Below, piece by piece: positions 1-9,855 of a DNA stretch of 64,000 bases. The stretch comes from an uncultured cyanobacterium. GTDB lineage: Bacteria; Cyanobacteriota; Cyanobacteriia; PCC-6307; Cyanobiaceae. The stretch spans positions 288,001 through 352,000 of the forward strand of contig CAVXWZ010000001.1 in the NCBI GenBank assembly GCA_963765575.1, written 5' to 3'. Each line of letters starts with the position of its first letter. The first letter of the stretch is position 1. Below the pieces are notes generated by a model. The model made no database searches, had not been told where the DNA came from, and worked only from the letters and a program-made list of their open reading frames with translations. Both the position numbers and the translations under genes were made by a program.

Positions 1-35
1 GCAATGGCAACGCCACTGGCGGGACGGCGGGCGCG

Positions 36-1109
36 TTGAGCGGGGTGGAGCGGCTCGACGTGGAGGCCTTCCTGGCAGCAGCCGGGCCGGTCGTGGATGT
101 GCGCAGTCCCGCCGAGTTCGCCCAGGGCCACATCCCCGGGGCGCTCAACCTGGCCCTGTTCGATGACGCCGGCCGGGCGGAGGTGGGCACCCTCTACACC
201 CGCCAGGGCCGACAGGCGGCCGTACTGCGCGGTCTGGCCCTGGTGGGGCCGCAGCTGGAGGCCCTGGCCGCCGCGCTGGCCCGGCGGGCGGCCGCCAGTC
301 CCGGCCAACCCCTGCGGCTGCTGTGCTGGCGGGGCGGCATGCGCAGCGCCAGCGTCGCCTGGCTGGCCGGCCAGCTGGAGCTTTCCGTGCAGCTGCTGGA
401 GGGTGGCTACAAGGCCTACCGGCGCTGGGTGCTGGAGTCGTTTGAGCGCCCCTGGCCCCTGCGCCTGCTGGGCGGCCGCACCGGCACCGGCAAGACCGAC
501 CTGCTGCTCGCCCTGGCCCAGCGGGGGGTGGCGGTGGTGGACCTCGAGGGTCTGGCCCACCACCGCGGCAGCAGCTTCGGCTCCCTGGGCCTGCCCCCCC
601 AGCCCAGCAGCGAGCACTACGAGAACCGCCTGGCCATGGCCCTGCGCGCCCGGCGGGGGGCCAGCGAGATCTGGCTGGAGGCCGAGAGTGTGCAGGTGGG
701 TCGCTGCCGCATCCCCGCGGCGCTCTGGCTGCAGATGAAGGCGGCGCCGGTGCTGGCGGTGCAGCGCCCCCTGGAGCAACGGCTGGCCCAGCTGGTGCGC
801 ATCTACGGGGTGCAGGACCCCGGCGAGCTGGCCGACGCCACCCGGCGCATCGCCCGCCGCCTCGGGCCCCAGCGCACCGCCGCCGCCCTGGAGGCCATCG
901 CCGCCAGCGACTGGACCGCCGCCTGCCGCCAGCTGCTCGACTACTACGACCGCTGCTACGACCACGACCCCAGCCTCCAGACCAGCGAGCCGCTGGAGCT
1001 GGGCGGGTTGTCGGCTGAGGCGGCCGCGGAGCTGCTGCTGGGCCGGGGGCTGGTGGGACAGCCGGCTGGCTTCAGTGCCGCAGCAGGCGGCGGCGCAGGC
1101 GGTCGCTGA
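36..1109 (+). CDS. mnmH: tRNA 2-selenouridine synthase
   Basis: Rhodanese domain (DVRSPAEF..GHIPGA, CWRGGMRS) followed by P-loop GRTGTGKT and DLEGLAHHRGSSFG. The frame is open to the window edge, so the true start is uncertain. Confidence 0.93.
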   Translation: MSGVERLDVEAFLAAAGPVVDVRSPAEFAQGHIPGALNLALFDDAGRAEVGTLYTRQGRQAAVLRGLALVGPQLEALAAALARRAAASPGQPLRLLCWRGGMRSASVAWLAGQLELSVQLLEGGYKAYRRWVLESFERPWPLRLLGGRTGTGKTDLLLALAQRGVAVVDLEGLAHHRGSSFGSLGLPPQPSSEHYENRLAMALRARRGASEIWLEAESVQVGRCRIPAALWLQMKAAPVLAVQRPLEQRLAQLVRIYGVQDPGELADATRRIARRLGPQRTAAALEAIAASDWTAACRQLLDYYDRCYDHDPSLQTSEPLELGGLSAEAAAELLLGRGLVGQPAGFSAAAGGGAGGR

Positions 1110-2694
1110 GGTCTTCCCCCAGCAGGGTGAGGGCGGCGTAGGCCAGCATCAGCGCCGCCAGTTCATCGACGGCGAAGGAGCTGAGCGCCTCCAGCAGTTG
1201 GCTGCCCAGCCCCGTGGCGCCCACCAGGCCCACCACCACCGATTCGCGCAGAATCACATCGGTGCGGTAGGCCCCATAGGCGAGGTAGGGCCGCGCCAGG
1301 GCGCTGAAGCGGCCGTAGAGCAGGGCCAGCCGCGGTCCGCTGCCGGCGCTGAGCAGGGCCTGCTCGCCGGCCTCGCCGCTGTGCTCGGCGCCCTCCAGCA
1401 GCAGCCGGCCCAACACCCCCAGGTTGTGAATCCCCAGCGCCAGGGCGCCGGTGACCACACCGGGCTGCAGCACGAACAGCAGCAGCAGGGCAATCAGCGG
1501 TGGCGGCCACAGCCGGCCCAGGGCCCAGAGCGCCTGCACGGCGGCCCGGCCCAGGGGCCAGGGCCGCACCAGCAGCAGCAGCAGCGGTGCCAACCCCACC
1601 GCCAGGGCGGCGGCCAGCAGGGTGAGGCTGAGGGTGTTGGCCACCAGGGCCGGCCAGGGCAGCGCCGCCACCGCCGGCCAGTCGGGAGGCGGCAGGGGCG
1701 GCAGCGGCTGCCAGGGCCAGAGGCTGCGCGGATCCACCTGCAGGCTCCAGGCCAGGGCCACCAGCAGGGGCGCCAGCAGGGCCCCCGCCAGCAGCAGTTC
1801 GCGGCCGCTGCGGCCCACACTGCTGCCCTCGCTGCCCCAGCTGCCCGCCGTGGTGCCGGCGATCGGGGGGCTGAGGCTGAGCCGCGACGGCATGGTCCAG
1901 CGCCGCCGCAGCCAGCCCACCAGCCGCTCCAGCAGCACCATGGCCGCCAGCAGCAGCCACAGGCCCGTCCACAGCTCCTCGAAGGCCAGCGACTGCAGCG
2001 TCAGCCGCAGCTCGGTGCCCAGGCCCCCGAGGCCAAAGACCCCCAGCAGGGTGGCGCTGCGCAGCGCACATTCCAGCCGGTAGCCGCCGTAGCTCAGCAG
2101 CTGGGGCAGCAGCGGCGGTCCCATGGCGGTGAGCAGGGCCGCCGGCGGCGCCACGCCGGCGGCGGCCAGGGCCTCGAGGCTGGCGGTGGGCAGGGCGTCG
2201 AGTTGATCGCTCACCACCCGCGCCACCAGGGCGGCAAAGGGGATGGCGATCGCCAGCACCGCCACCGCCGGCTGCAACCCCACCAGTTGCAAGAGGATCA
2301 GGCCCCAGAGCAGCTCATGGATCGAGCGGGGCAGGGCCAGCAGCCGGCGGATCAGCTGTGCCGGCCCCAGCCGGCCGCTGCAGTGCTGCCACACCAGCCG
2401 CGAACTGAGCAGCCCCAGGCCCAGCCCCAGCACCAGGCTCAGGGCCCAGCTCAGCAGGGCGATGCCCACCGTCACCCCCAGACCGCGCAGCACCGAGCGC
2501 AGCACCAGTGGATCGAACGAGGGGCGCAGGGCCGCCAGGGCGAACCGTCCCACCAGGCTCCAGCCACCGCCATGGCTGAGGCCCGGCAGCAGCAGCACCA
2601 GCGGGATCAGCACCAGGGCCGGCAGCAGCAGCCACAGGGGCGCCGCCGGCCGCCAGCGACCCCACCAGTGCCCGCTGGCCGGCCCGCCGCTCAA
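1072..2694 (-). CDS. phnE: PhnE/PtxC-type ABC permease (fused double permease)
   Basis: Hydrophobic protein with two permease repeats (YRLECALRSATLLGVFGLGGLG; YRTDVILRESVVVGLVGATGLG), co-oriented with an ATPase and a binding protein. Confidence 0.85.
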   Translation of the reverse strand: MSGGPASGHWWGRWRPAAPLWLLLPALVLIPLVLLLPGLSHGGGWSLVGRFALAALRPSFDPLVLRSVLRGLGVTVGIALLSWALSLVLGLGLGLLSSRLVWQHCSGRLGPAQLIRRLLALPRSIHELLWGLILLQLVGLQPAVAVLAIAIPFAALVARVVSDQLDALPTASLEALAAAGVAPPAALLTAMGPPLLPQLLSYGGYRLECALRSATLLGVFGLGGLGTELRLTLQSLAFEELWTGLWLLLAAMVLLERLVGWLRRRWTMPSRLSLSPPIAGTTAGSWGSEGSSVGRSGRELLLAGALLAPLLVALAWSLQVDPRSLWPWQPLPPLPPPDWPAVAALPWPALVANTLSLTLLAAALAVGLAPLLLLLVRPWPLGRAAVQALWALGRLWPPPLIALLLLFVLQPGVVTGALALGIHNLGVLGRLLLEGAEHSGEAGEQALLSAGSGPRLALLYGRFSALARPYLAYGAYRTDVILRESVVVGLVGATGLGSQLLEALSSFAVDELAALMLAYAALTLLGEDLSDRLRRRLLRH

Positions 2695-3440
2695 GGGCTG
2701 GCACCGGCGTAGAGCTCCGCCAGCATTCCCGGCTCCAGCGCCGCCAGCGGCAGGTCGAACTGCAGGCGCCCGGCGCGCAGCCCCAGCACCCGATCGAAGC
2801 CGCCCAGCAGGTCGGGCCGGTGCAGGCTGAGCAGCAAGGCCCGGGGTGCCCGGCCCTCCGCCAGCAGCAACGCCAGCAACTCCCCGGCCAGGCGTGGATC
2901 GAGGCTGGCCAGGGGCTCATCGGCCAGCAGCAGCACCGGCTCCTGGCGCAGCAGCCGGCCCAGGGCCACCCGCTGCCGCTGTCCCCCCGAGAGGGCCGAC
3001 ACGGGCTGATCCAGCAGGGCCGGATCCAGGTCCAGCCGGCGCAGGCAGGCGGTGCAGGCCTCGCCCTCGAGCGGCAGCAGCAGGTTGAGCAGGGCCCGCG
3101 GCCAGCCCCACGGCCCCAGGCGGCCGGCGTTGAGGTTCTGCTGCACGCTCAGCTCCTCGATCAGGCGCAGGTCCTGCCAGAGGGTGCCGATGCGGCTCTG
3201 CTGCAGGCGCCGGGCGCGCCGCGACCGGGCCCGCTCGCGGCCCTGCCAGCGCAGTTGGCCCCGGCCGGGCTCGATCAGGCCGTTGGCCACCGCCAGCAGG
3301 GTGCTTTTGCCGGCGCCGCTCGGCCCCAGCAGGGCCACCCGCTCCCCGGCCCGCAGCCGCAGCGTCACCCCGTCCAGCCGTGGCTGGTCGCGGCCGCGCA
3401 CATGGATCTGCTCCAGCTCCAACACCCAGGACGGATCCAT
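2691..3440 (-). CDS. phnC: PhnC-type ABC ATP-binding protein
   Basis: GPSGAGKST, LSGGQRQRV, LLADEPLASLD. The ATG at 3440 (MDPSWVLEL) overlaps the upstream stop; the longer track ORF is an artefact. Confidence 0.88.
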   Translation of the reverse strand: MDPSWVLELEQIHVRGRDQPRLDGVTLRLRAGERVALLGPSGAGKSTLLAVANGLIEPGRGQLRWQGRERARSRRARRLQQSRIGTLWQDLRLIEELSVQQNLNAGRLGPWGWPRALLNLLLPLEGEACTACLRRLDLDPALLDQPVSALSGGQRQRVALGRLLRQEPVLLLADEPLASLDPRLAGELLALLLAEGRAPRALLLSLHRPDLLGGFDRVLGLRAGRLQFDLPLAALEPGMLAELYAGASP

Positions 3441-4435
3441 CAGCGGATCTTGCCGATCTCGCGCCCCACCGCCTCGATGGCGTCGTATTGGTCGTTGCTC
3501 GCCGGCACGAAGGCCTCGGCCCCGAACAACTCCAGGATCTGGGCCTGGCGCGGATCGTCGGGGCTGAGGTTGGTGAAGGCCTGCTCCAGCCGCTCGGTGA
3601 AGCCCTGGCCGTAGTCCTCGTCGAGGTTGGGTTGCACCACCCAGGTGTAGTTGGCGTAGCCCGGCGTGCGCCAGATCGCCACCACCTGCTCGGGGTTCAC
3701 CTTGCCCTCCTCGATCCGGCTCAGCCACACCTGTTCGTTCACCACGCCGGCGTCGTAGGTGCCGCTCGCCACCAGGGCGATCAGCGTGTCGTGGCTGCCG
3801 CTGAAGCCCGGGTTGCCGCCTGCGAAGTCGCTCAGCTGCACGCCCGCCTGGTTGAGGTAGTACTGGGGCATCAGGCGACCGGAGGTGGAACTCTGGGAGC
3901 CGAAGCTGAAGCGTTTTCCCTTGAGCTGTTGCAGGTCGCTGGACTCGCTGAATGGCTTCAGGCCGCTGCGGGGGTTGGCGATGAACACGCTGTGGAAGGA
4001 GCGGTCGATGTCGCGCTGGGCGAGGGCACGGGCGCCGGGTTTCTGCAGCCAGGCCTGCACCCCGGTGAGGCCACCAAACCACACCAGATCGAGGTCGCCG
4101 GTGCGAAAGGCGCTGACCGCAGCGGTGTAGTCGGTGACGGGCACGAAACGCACCGGCACCGCCAGCTGCTCGCCCAGCTCAGCGGCTACCAGGCCATAGA
4201 GGCGGTTGAGTTTTTCGGGGTTCTGGTCGGGGATGGCGCCAATGCGCAGCACCCGCTTCTCATTCGGCCGGGTGGCCTCGCTGGTGTTGCCAGCGGGCGC
4301 CGGGGGGGTGCCGGAGCGGGGGGAGCAGGCCGTTGGCAGCAGGCCCATCAGCAGCAGACCAGCGAGCGCAACGGCCCAGCGTTCTCGGGTAATCAAGGGT
4401 CGAAGGACGGACGACGACCCAATGATCCTGCCCAC
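3440..4435 (-). CDS. phnD: PhnD-like periplasmic binding lipoprotein (phosphonate/phosphite or putative selenate subfamily)
   Basis: Lipobox-like LPTAC, IGAIPDQ, DLVWFGGLTGVQA, FGSQSSTSGRLMP. Start uncertain. Confidence 0.85.
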   Translation of the reverse strand: MGRIIGSSSVLRPLITRERWAVALAGLLLMGLLPTACSPRSGTPPAPAGNTSEATRPNEKRVLRIGAIPDQNPEKLNRLYGLVAAELGEQLAVPVRFVPVTDYTAAVSAFRTGDLDLVWFGGLTGVQAWLQKPGARALAQRDIDRSFHSVFIANPRSGLKPFSESSDLQQLKGKRFSFGSQSSTSGRLMPQYYLNQAGVQLSDFAGGNPGFSGSHDTLIALVASGTYDAGVVNEQVWLSRIEEGKVNPEQVVAIWRTPGYANYTWVVQPNLDEDYGQGFTERLEQAFTNLSPDDPRQAQILELFGAEAFVPASNDQYDAIEAVGREIGKIR

Positions 4436-4464
4436 TCGCCGGGATGATCCGGCCCGTTCGCCGC

Positions 4465-5670
4465 TCAGAGCGTGGCCAGGAAGCGCCGCAGCCGTTCCAG
4501 CCCGTCCTCGATCGTGGCCGGCGAGGCGGCGCAGGAGAGGCGGATGCAGTGGTCGTTGCCGAAGGCGGCACCGGGCACCACCGCCAGCCCCACCTGATCA
4601 AGCAGCTGGTTGCTGAGCTGCATCGAGTCGAGCCCGCTGTGGCTGAGGTCGGGAAAGGCATAGAAGGCGCCCTCCGGGGGCTGCAGCGTGATTCCCTCGA
4701 TCGCCCGCAGGCCATCACTGAGCTGGCGGCGCCGCCGGCTGAACTCCGCCGCCATCGCCTGCACGCAGTCGCGCGATCCGTTCACGGCCGCCACGGCGCC
4801 GTACTGGGCGAAGGTGCAGACGTTGCTGGTGCTCTGGCTCTGCAGGGCGGCCGCGGCCTGGATCACCGGCTGGGGTCCCACCAGCCAGCCGACGCGCCAG
4901 CCGGTCATCGCCCAGCCCTTGGCGCAGCCGTTGACGATGAACACCCGGTCGGCCAGGTCTGGAGCCAGGCCCGCGAGGCTGTGGTGCTCGTGGCCGGGGG
5001 CCACCAGGAATTCATAGATCTCATCGCACACCACCGCCACCTGGGGATGGCGGCGCAGCACTGCGGCGATCGCCTCCAGCTCGTTGCGGTTGAGCACGGT
5101 GCCGGTGGGGTTGCCGGGGCTGTTGAGCACCAGCAGGCGGCTGGCGGGGGTGATCGCCGCCTCGAGCTGCTCAGCGGAGAGCCGGAAGCCCCGCTCGGCG
5201 CCACTGGCCAGTTCCACCACGGTGGCCCCGGCCAGCCGGGCGATCTCCGGGTAACTCAGCCAGAAGGGAGCCGGCAGCAGCACCTCATCGCCGCTCTGCA
5301 ACAGCACCTGGAAGAGGTTGTAGAGCGCCTGTTTGCCGCCGTTCGTCACCAGCACCTCCGCGGCGGTGGTGGGGCGGCCGTTCTCGCGGCTGGTCTTGGC
5401 GGCAATCGCTTGGCGCAGGGCCGGTTCGCCGGCGGCGGGGCCGTAGCGGGTGAGGCCGGCGGCGAGGGCATCGGCCGCCGCCCGGCGGATGAACTCCGGT
5501 GTCTCGAAGTCGGGCTCGCCGGCGCTGAGGCTGCAGATGTCCCGCCCGTTGGCCTTGAGCTGTTTGGCCCTGGCGGCGATCTCCAGGGTGAGGGAGGGCC
5601 GCAGGGCCCTGGCTCGCTCGCTCAGTCGCTCGGCCGGGCTGATGCTGGGGGCCGGCCGGGGTGCGGGCAT
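4465..5670 (-). CDS. PLP-dependent class I aminotransferase (aspartate aminotransferase-like)
   Basis: SLSAGEPDF, NSPGNPTG, DEIYE, AKGWAMTGWRVG. Start placed at MPAPRP; the frame is open to 5826. Confidence 0.9.
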   Translation of the reverse strand: MPAPRPAPSISPAERLSERARALRPSLTLEIAARAKQLKANGRDICSLSAGEPDFETPEFIRRAAADALAAGLTRYGPAAGEPALRQAIAAKTSRENGRPTTAAEVLVTNGGKQALYNLFQVLLQSGDEVLLPAPFWLSYPEIARLAGATVVELASGAERGFRLSAEQLEAAITPASRLLVLNSPGNPTGTVLNRNELEAIAAVLRRHPQVAVVCDEIYEFLVAPGHEHHSLAGLAPDLADRVFIVNGCAKGWAMTGWRVGWLVGPQPVIQAAAALQSQSTSNVCTFAQYGAVAAVNGSRDCVQAMAAEFSRRRRQLSDGLRAIEGITLQPPEGAFYAFPDLSHSGLDSMQLSNQLLDQVGLAVVPGAAFGNDHCIRLSCAASPATIEDGLERLRRFLATL

Positions 5671-5793
5671 CGCGGGTGCGGGAGTCGAAACGACCGGGGC
5701 CTGGTTGAGCAGGGCAGGAGGGGGCACGGCCGTTGCGGTTCCAGCCGCATCGTTGCCAGGTGTTGCCGTGAGGGGCAGTGCGGAGACAGGCAT

Positions 5794-5829
5794 CCCGGTG
5801 GTCGGCATCGGCCCGGTGGTCGGCATCGG
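5794..5829. repeat. 18-bp tandem duplication (CCCGGTGGTCGGCATCGG x2)
   Basis: Read directly at 5794-5811 and 5812-5829. Confidence 0.8.
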
Positions 5830-6188
5830 CGGCGGTGCCGGCTTTGGTGGTGCACGGCATGGGCGTTGACAACATCCTGCCGCACGTGCAGGCCTCTGTC
5901 CCCGGCTGCTGGGGGGCCTGATTCACACTTCGTACGCCAGCGGTTGCGCCCGCCTGCGCGGTGCTGATGGGCCGTGCATCCCGCTGTTGCCGCCCTGCCT
6001 CGGCGCTCGTCAGAGGTGGGCGTTGACGGCGCCGTTCTTGACGGGATCAAGCCCGCGATTGAGCCAGGAGCCAGCCCGGTGTGACCTCTGCGCTGCAGTC
6101 CGCTGTGGAGCCCACAGTGGACTGTTGAGCACGGCGATGACCATGGGGCGAGATCAACATTCAGCGATCCGGATCAGACACTGCTGCT

Positions 6189-6202
6189 GTATAGCTGAAT
6201 AC
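6189..6202. promoter_or_regulatory. Putative NtcA box GTA-N8-TAC
   Basis: GTATAGCTGAATAC in an AT-richer intergenic region about 70 nt upstream of the 6275 ORF. Confidence 0.45.
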
Positions 6203-6274
6203 CTTTCAGCGGTCATTCTGGCCATGGCACTGCATTCTTATGTGGTATTTATGGCCTAGTCTTGCATCGCTGTT

Positions 6275-6841
6275 GTGACTCTTGTTTCCACTTTCGAACT
6301 TCTTCTCAAGCCCCAGCTGCCCACCTCGGTCACCGCTGCCATTCCCTCGCTTGCTCCCCTCAGCCGGGCAATCCTGCAGGGCTACTTCCTCACCATCAGC
6401 AACGTCTCTGACCGCGATCTCAGTCTGATTCTTGCCTTCAAGACCCGCTCGCCAGGTCTCAATAGTTCGGAAGTGGTGTGCTTTCGTGACGACAATGGCA
6501 ACGACGCTGTTCTGGCATCGACAACCAACACATCCGGTCCCGGCCGATCCACTGAATTCACCCTTGACCTTGCTGAAAAGGACACAACTCTGATCCTGCT
6601 GCAGCCCAATATCACCGATCCGGCCCTGTTCACCAGTCGCTCCTACGAAGCCAGGGGCTATGTCGAACTCTTTGCCCAGCCTGGTACCGGCTCCCGCAAT
6701 CAAGAGGTGTTGATCAGTGCTGAGCAGCGCGGCACCTTCTTCGATCCCTCCAGTTCCAACCCCGCCACTCTGGGCGAACTGGCCTACCCGCTGCCCCTGG
6801 CCAGCGGCTCGGCCTTGCTCAGGCTTGACCGGCAAGATTGA
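6275..6841 (+). CDS. Hypothetical protein (188 aa)
   Basis: Protein-like composition and more T-ending codons than its neighbours; its stop overlaps the next ATG. Confidence 0.75.
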   Translation: MTLVSTFELLLKPQLPTSVTAAIPSLAPLSRAILQGYFLTISNVSDRDLSLILAFKTRSPGLNSSEVVCFRDDNGNDAVLASTTNTSGPGRSTEFTLDLAEKDTTLILLQPNITDPALFTSRSYEARGYVELFAQPGTGSRNQEVLISAEQRGTFFDPSSSNPATLGELAYPLPLASGSALLRLDRQD

Positions 6842-7719
6842 TGGGTCGCTCCAGTCAGGTTCAGCTTCGCCCTACCCCCTGGCCGGATTCTCCCCGCGGC
6901 GTGGTTCACCTCCACGGCGCCTTTCTGTTCGGATCCTGTCCCAGTCGTCACTACGCCCCGCTGCTGGATGCCTTGCTGCAGCGGGGCTATGGCGCGGTGC
7001 TGCATCGCTTTCCCCTCAATCCGGGCCGCTTCGACCACTGGTCGGTGGCCCTGGAGCTGTTGTTGTCACGTCGCACGGTGCTGGAGCAGGTGCGCCGGCT
7101 CCATGGCCCGGCGGCGGCCGAATTCTGCGCCGACCCCAGCAACTCCTGCTGGCTCGGGCACAGCCTGGGCTGCAAGTATCTGATCCTGCTGGAGATTCTC
7201 TCCCTCCCCCGGGCGCGTCTCCAGCAGGTGCTGGAGGACGCGCTTGAGCCCGCCCAAGCCGAGAGCGTGCTGAACGCCACCGACCGGCTGGGGGCGATCG
7301 ACACCCTCCAGAACCAACCCACCGTGCTGCTGGCTCCGGAGGTGAGCAACACGATGCGGTTCTGGCGTTCCGACTGGCAGCTCGATTTCGGCAGGAGCCG
7401 CCCCAACCGCCAGACCATGGGCCAGCTTCTGCGGCTGACACCCGATCGTTTCGGCCTCACCGGGGTCGTGAGCTTTCGCTCTGATGGCATCGCTGCCGAT
7501 GACGTGCAGCTGCTGCGGGCGGAACTGCAACGCCGCAGCGTGGCGCCCCTGGCGCAGCAGGAGCTGCCGGGAGGTCACTTCGCCCCGGTGGCTCTGCACG
7601 TGGAGGCCCTGGCGGACACCATTGCCGCGGGCTATGGCCAGCTGCGCTCGCGCCTCGGCGCCACCACCACCCGATCCGAGCGTGGCGAGCCACCGGCCTC
7701 TACGGCGGCTTTGCCGTAG
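6841..7719 (+). CDS. DUF1350-like alpha/beta-hydrolase-fold protein
   Basis: GVVHLHGAFLFG oxyanion-like segment, WLGHSLGCK nucleophile elbow, ELPGGH C-terminal His. Confidence 0.75.
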   Translation: MGRSSQVQLRPTPWPDSPRGVVHLHGAFLFGSCPSRHYAPLLDALLQRGYGAVLHRFPLNPGRFDHWSVALELLLSRRTVLEQVRRLHGPAAAEFCADPSNSCWLGHSLGCKYLILLEILSLPRARLQQVLEDALEPAQAESVLNATDRLGAIDTLQNQPTVLLAPEVSNTMRFWRSDWQLDFGRSRPNRQTMGQLLRLTPDRFGLTGVVSFRSDGIAADDVQLLRAELQRRSVAPLAQQELPGGHFAPVALHVEALADTIAAGYGQLRSRLGATTTRSERGEPPASTAALP

Positions 7720-7784
7720 AGGCGTCGCCGCCGCGCTGACACCACGGTCTCGGCCCCGGGTTCAGCCGCGCGAAACTGGCCGCC

Positions 7785-8492
7785 ATGCAAGTGGCACCCG
7801 ACTCCCCCACGCCCGATCAGGGCCCAGCGGGGCTCCAGCAGCCGAGCCTGTTCAGCGGCGAGGCAACGGCGGCCCCAGTGGAGCCGGCGGCCAGTGCAGC
7901 CAGCCTCCAGCAGCTGGATGCGGCCTGCCGAAGCTGCCGGCGTTGCGGCCTGGCCGACGGCCGCCAGCAGGTGGTGGTGAGCCGCGGCAACCCCACCGCC
8001 CGGCTGATGGTGATCGGCGAGGGTCCCGGCGCCCAGGAGGACGCCAGTGGCCTGCCGTTTGTGGGCCGTGCCGGCCAGCTGCTCGATCAGATGCTCGCCA
8101 GCGTGGCGATCGATTCCAACCGCGAGGCCTACATCGCCAATGTGGTGAAGTGCCGTCCGCCCGGCAACCGCAAGCCCACGCCCCTGGAGATCGCCGCCTG
8201 CCGGCCCTGGCTGGAGCAGCAGATCCGCCTGGTGAATCCGGCTGTGATCCTGCTGGCGGGCGCCTCCGCCCTGGAGGGTGTTCTCGGCATCAAGGGCGGC
8301 ATCACCCGTCTGCGCGGCCAATGGCGCCAGGGGGAGCGCGAGCCCCTGGCGGGCCGCTGGCTGCTGCCGATCCTGCACCCCTCCTACCTGCTGCGCAATC
8401 CCTCGCGGGAGCAGGGCAGCCCCAAATGGCTCACCTGGCAGGACCTCCAGGACGTGCGCCGGCGCCTCAATCAGCTGGAATCCCCCAGCTGA
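7785..8492 (+). CDS. Uracil-DNA glycosylase family 4 (Fe-S)
   Basis: [38 protein letters not shown]. Confidence 0.93.
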   Translation: MQVAPDSPTPDQGPAGLQQPSLFSGEATAAPVEPAASAASLQQLDAACRSCRRCGLADGRQQVVVSRGNPTARLMVIGEGPGAQEDASGLPFVGRAGQLLDQMLASVAIDSNREAYIANVVKCRPPGNRKPTPLEIAACRPWLEQQIRLVNPAVILLAGASALEGVLGIKGGITRLRGQWRQGEREPLAGRWLLPILHPSYLLRNPSREQGSPKWLTWQDLQDVRRRLNQLESPS

Positions 8493-8541
8493 TGCCCCTG
8501 CTGTGACAGCCTTGGCGCCAACGTTTGCGGCCCCTCCCGCC

Positions 8542-9792
8542 ATGACCGGCACCCTGGCCCGTCCCGAGCGTTCCGGACCCACGGCACCACCCCACGGGTT
8601 CGACGCCAGCAACCCCCGCTACGACACCCTGATCCGGCGTCGCAAGACCCGCAGTGTGCGGGTGGGCGATGTGTGGGTGGGCAGCGAGCACCCGGTGGTG
8701 GTGCAGTCGATGATCAACGAGGACACCCTCGATATCGAGGGCGCCACGGCGGGGATTCGCCGGCTGCATGAGGCGGGCTGCGAGATCGTGCGGCTCACGG
8801 TGCCCTCCCTGGCCCATGCCAAGGCGGTGAAGGAGATCCGCCAGCGCCTGGAAGACACTTATCAGCCGGTGCCACTGGTGGCCGATGTGCACCACAACGG
8901 CATGAAGATCGCCCTGGAGGTGGCCCAGCACGTCGACAAGGTGCGCATCAACCCGGGGCTGTATGTGTTCGACAAGCCCGATCCCAACCGCACCGAATTC
9001 ACCCCTGAGGAGGTGGCGGCGATCGGCCAGCGCATCCAGGCCACGCTCGAGCCGTTGGTGAGCCTGCTCAAGGAGCAGGACAAGGGCCTGCGCATCGGCG
9101 TCAATCACGGCTCCCTGGCCGAGCGGATGCTGTTCACCTACGGCGACACGCCTCTCGGCATGGTGGAGAGCGCCATGGAGTTCATCCACATCTGCGACCG
9201 CCTCGACTTCCACAACATCGTGGTGTCGATGAAGGCCTCGCGGGCGCCGGTGATGCTGGCCGCCTACCGGATGATGGCCGACCGCATGGACGCCGAAGGC
9301 TTCCACTACCCCCTGCACCTGGGCGTCACCGAGGCCGGTGATGGCGACTACGGCCGCATCAAGAGCACCGCCGGCATCGCCACCCTGCTGGCCGAGGGCC
9401 TGGGCGACACGATCCGGGTCTCGCTCACCGAGGCACCGGAGAAAGAGATTCCTGTCTGCTATTCGATTCTGCAGGCCCTGGGCCTGAGGAAAACGATGGT
9501 GGAGTACGTGGCCTGCCCCAGCTGCGGCCGCACCCTGTTCAACCTGGAGGAGGTGCTGCACGTGGTGCGCAACGCCACCGCCCACCTCACCGGCCTCGAT
9601 ATCGCCGTGATGGGCTGCATCGTCAACGGCCCCGGCGAGATGGCCGACGCCGACTACGGCTACGTGGGCAAGACGCCGGGCACCATCTCCCTCTACCGCG
9701 GCCGCGACGAGATCCGCCGGGTGCCGGAGGCCGAGGGGGTGGACGCGCTGATCGCCCTGATCAAGGAGGACGGTCGCTGGGTTGACCCCTGA
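8542..9792 (+). CDS. ispG: (E)-4-hydroxy-3-methylbut-2-enyl-diphosphate synthase
   Basis: [46 protein letters not shown]. Confidence 0.97.
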   Translation: MTGTLARPERSGPTAPPHGFDASNPRYDTLIRRRKTRSVRVGDVWVGSEHPVVVQSMINEDTLDIEGATAGIRRLHEAGCEIVRLTVPSLAHAKAVKEIRQRLEDTYQPVPLVADVHHNGMKIALEVAQHVDKVRINPGLYVFDKPDPNRTEFTPEEVAAIGQRIQATLEPLVSLLKEQDKGLRIGVNHGSLAERMLFTYGDTPLGMVESAMEFIHICDRLDFHNIVVSMKASRAPVMLAAYRMMADRMDAEGFHYPLHLGVTEAGDGDYGRIKSTAGIATLLAEGLGDTIRVSLTEAPEKEIPVCYSILQALGLRKTMVEYVACPSCGRTLFNLEEVLHVVRNATAHLTGLDIAVMGCIVNGPGEMADADYGYVGKTPGTISLYRGRDEIRRVPEAEGVDALIALIKEDGRWVDP

Positions 9793-9855
9793 ACGGCGCC
9801 AGCTCAGGAGCGCTACCTTGAAGCTGGTGACACGGGCCCTGTGAGGTTCTCAGCT

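Noticed and set aside
2691..4082. 463-aa ABC ATPase with a long N-terminal extension
   Set aside because: The extension overlaps phnD out of frame; the real start is the ATG at 3440.
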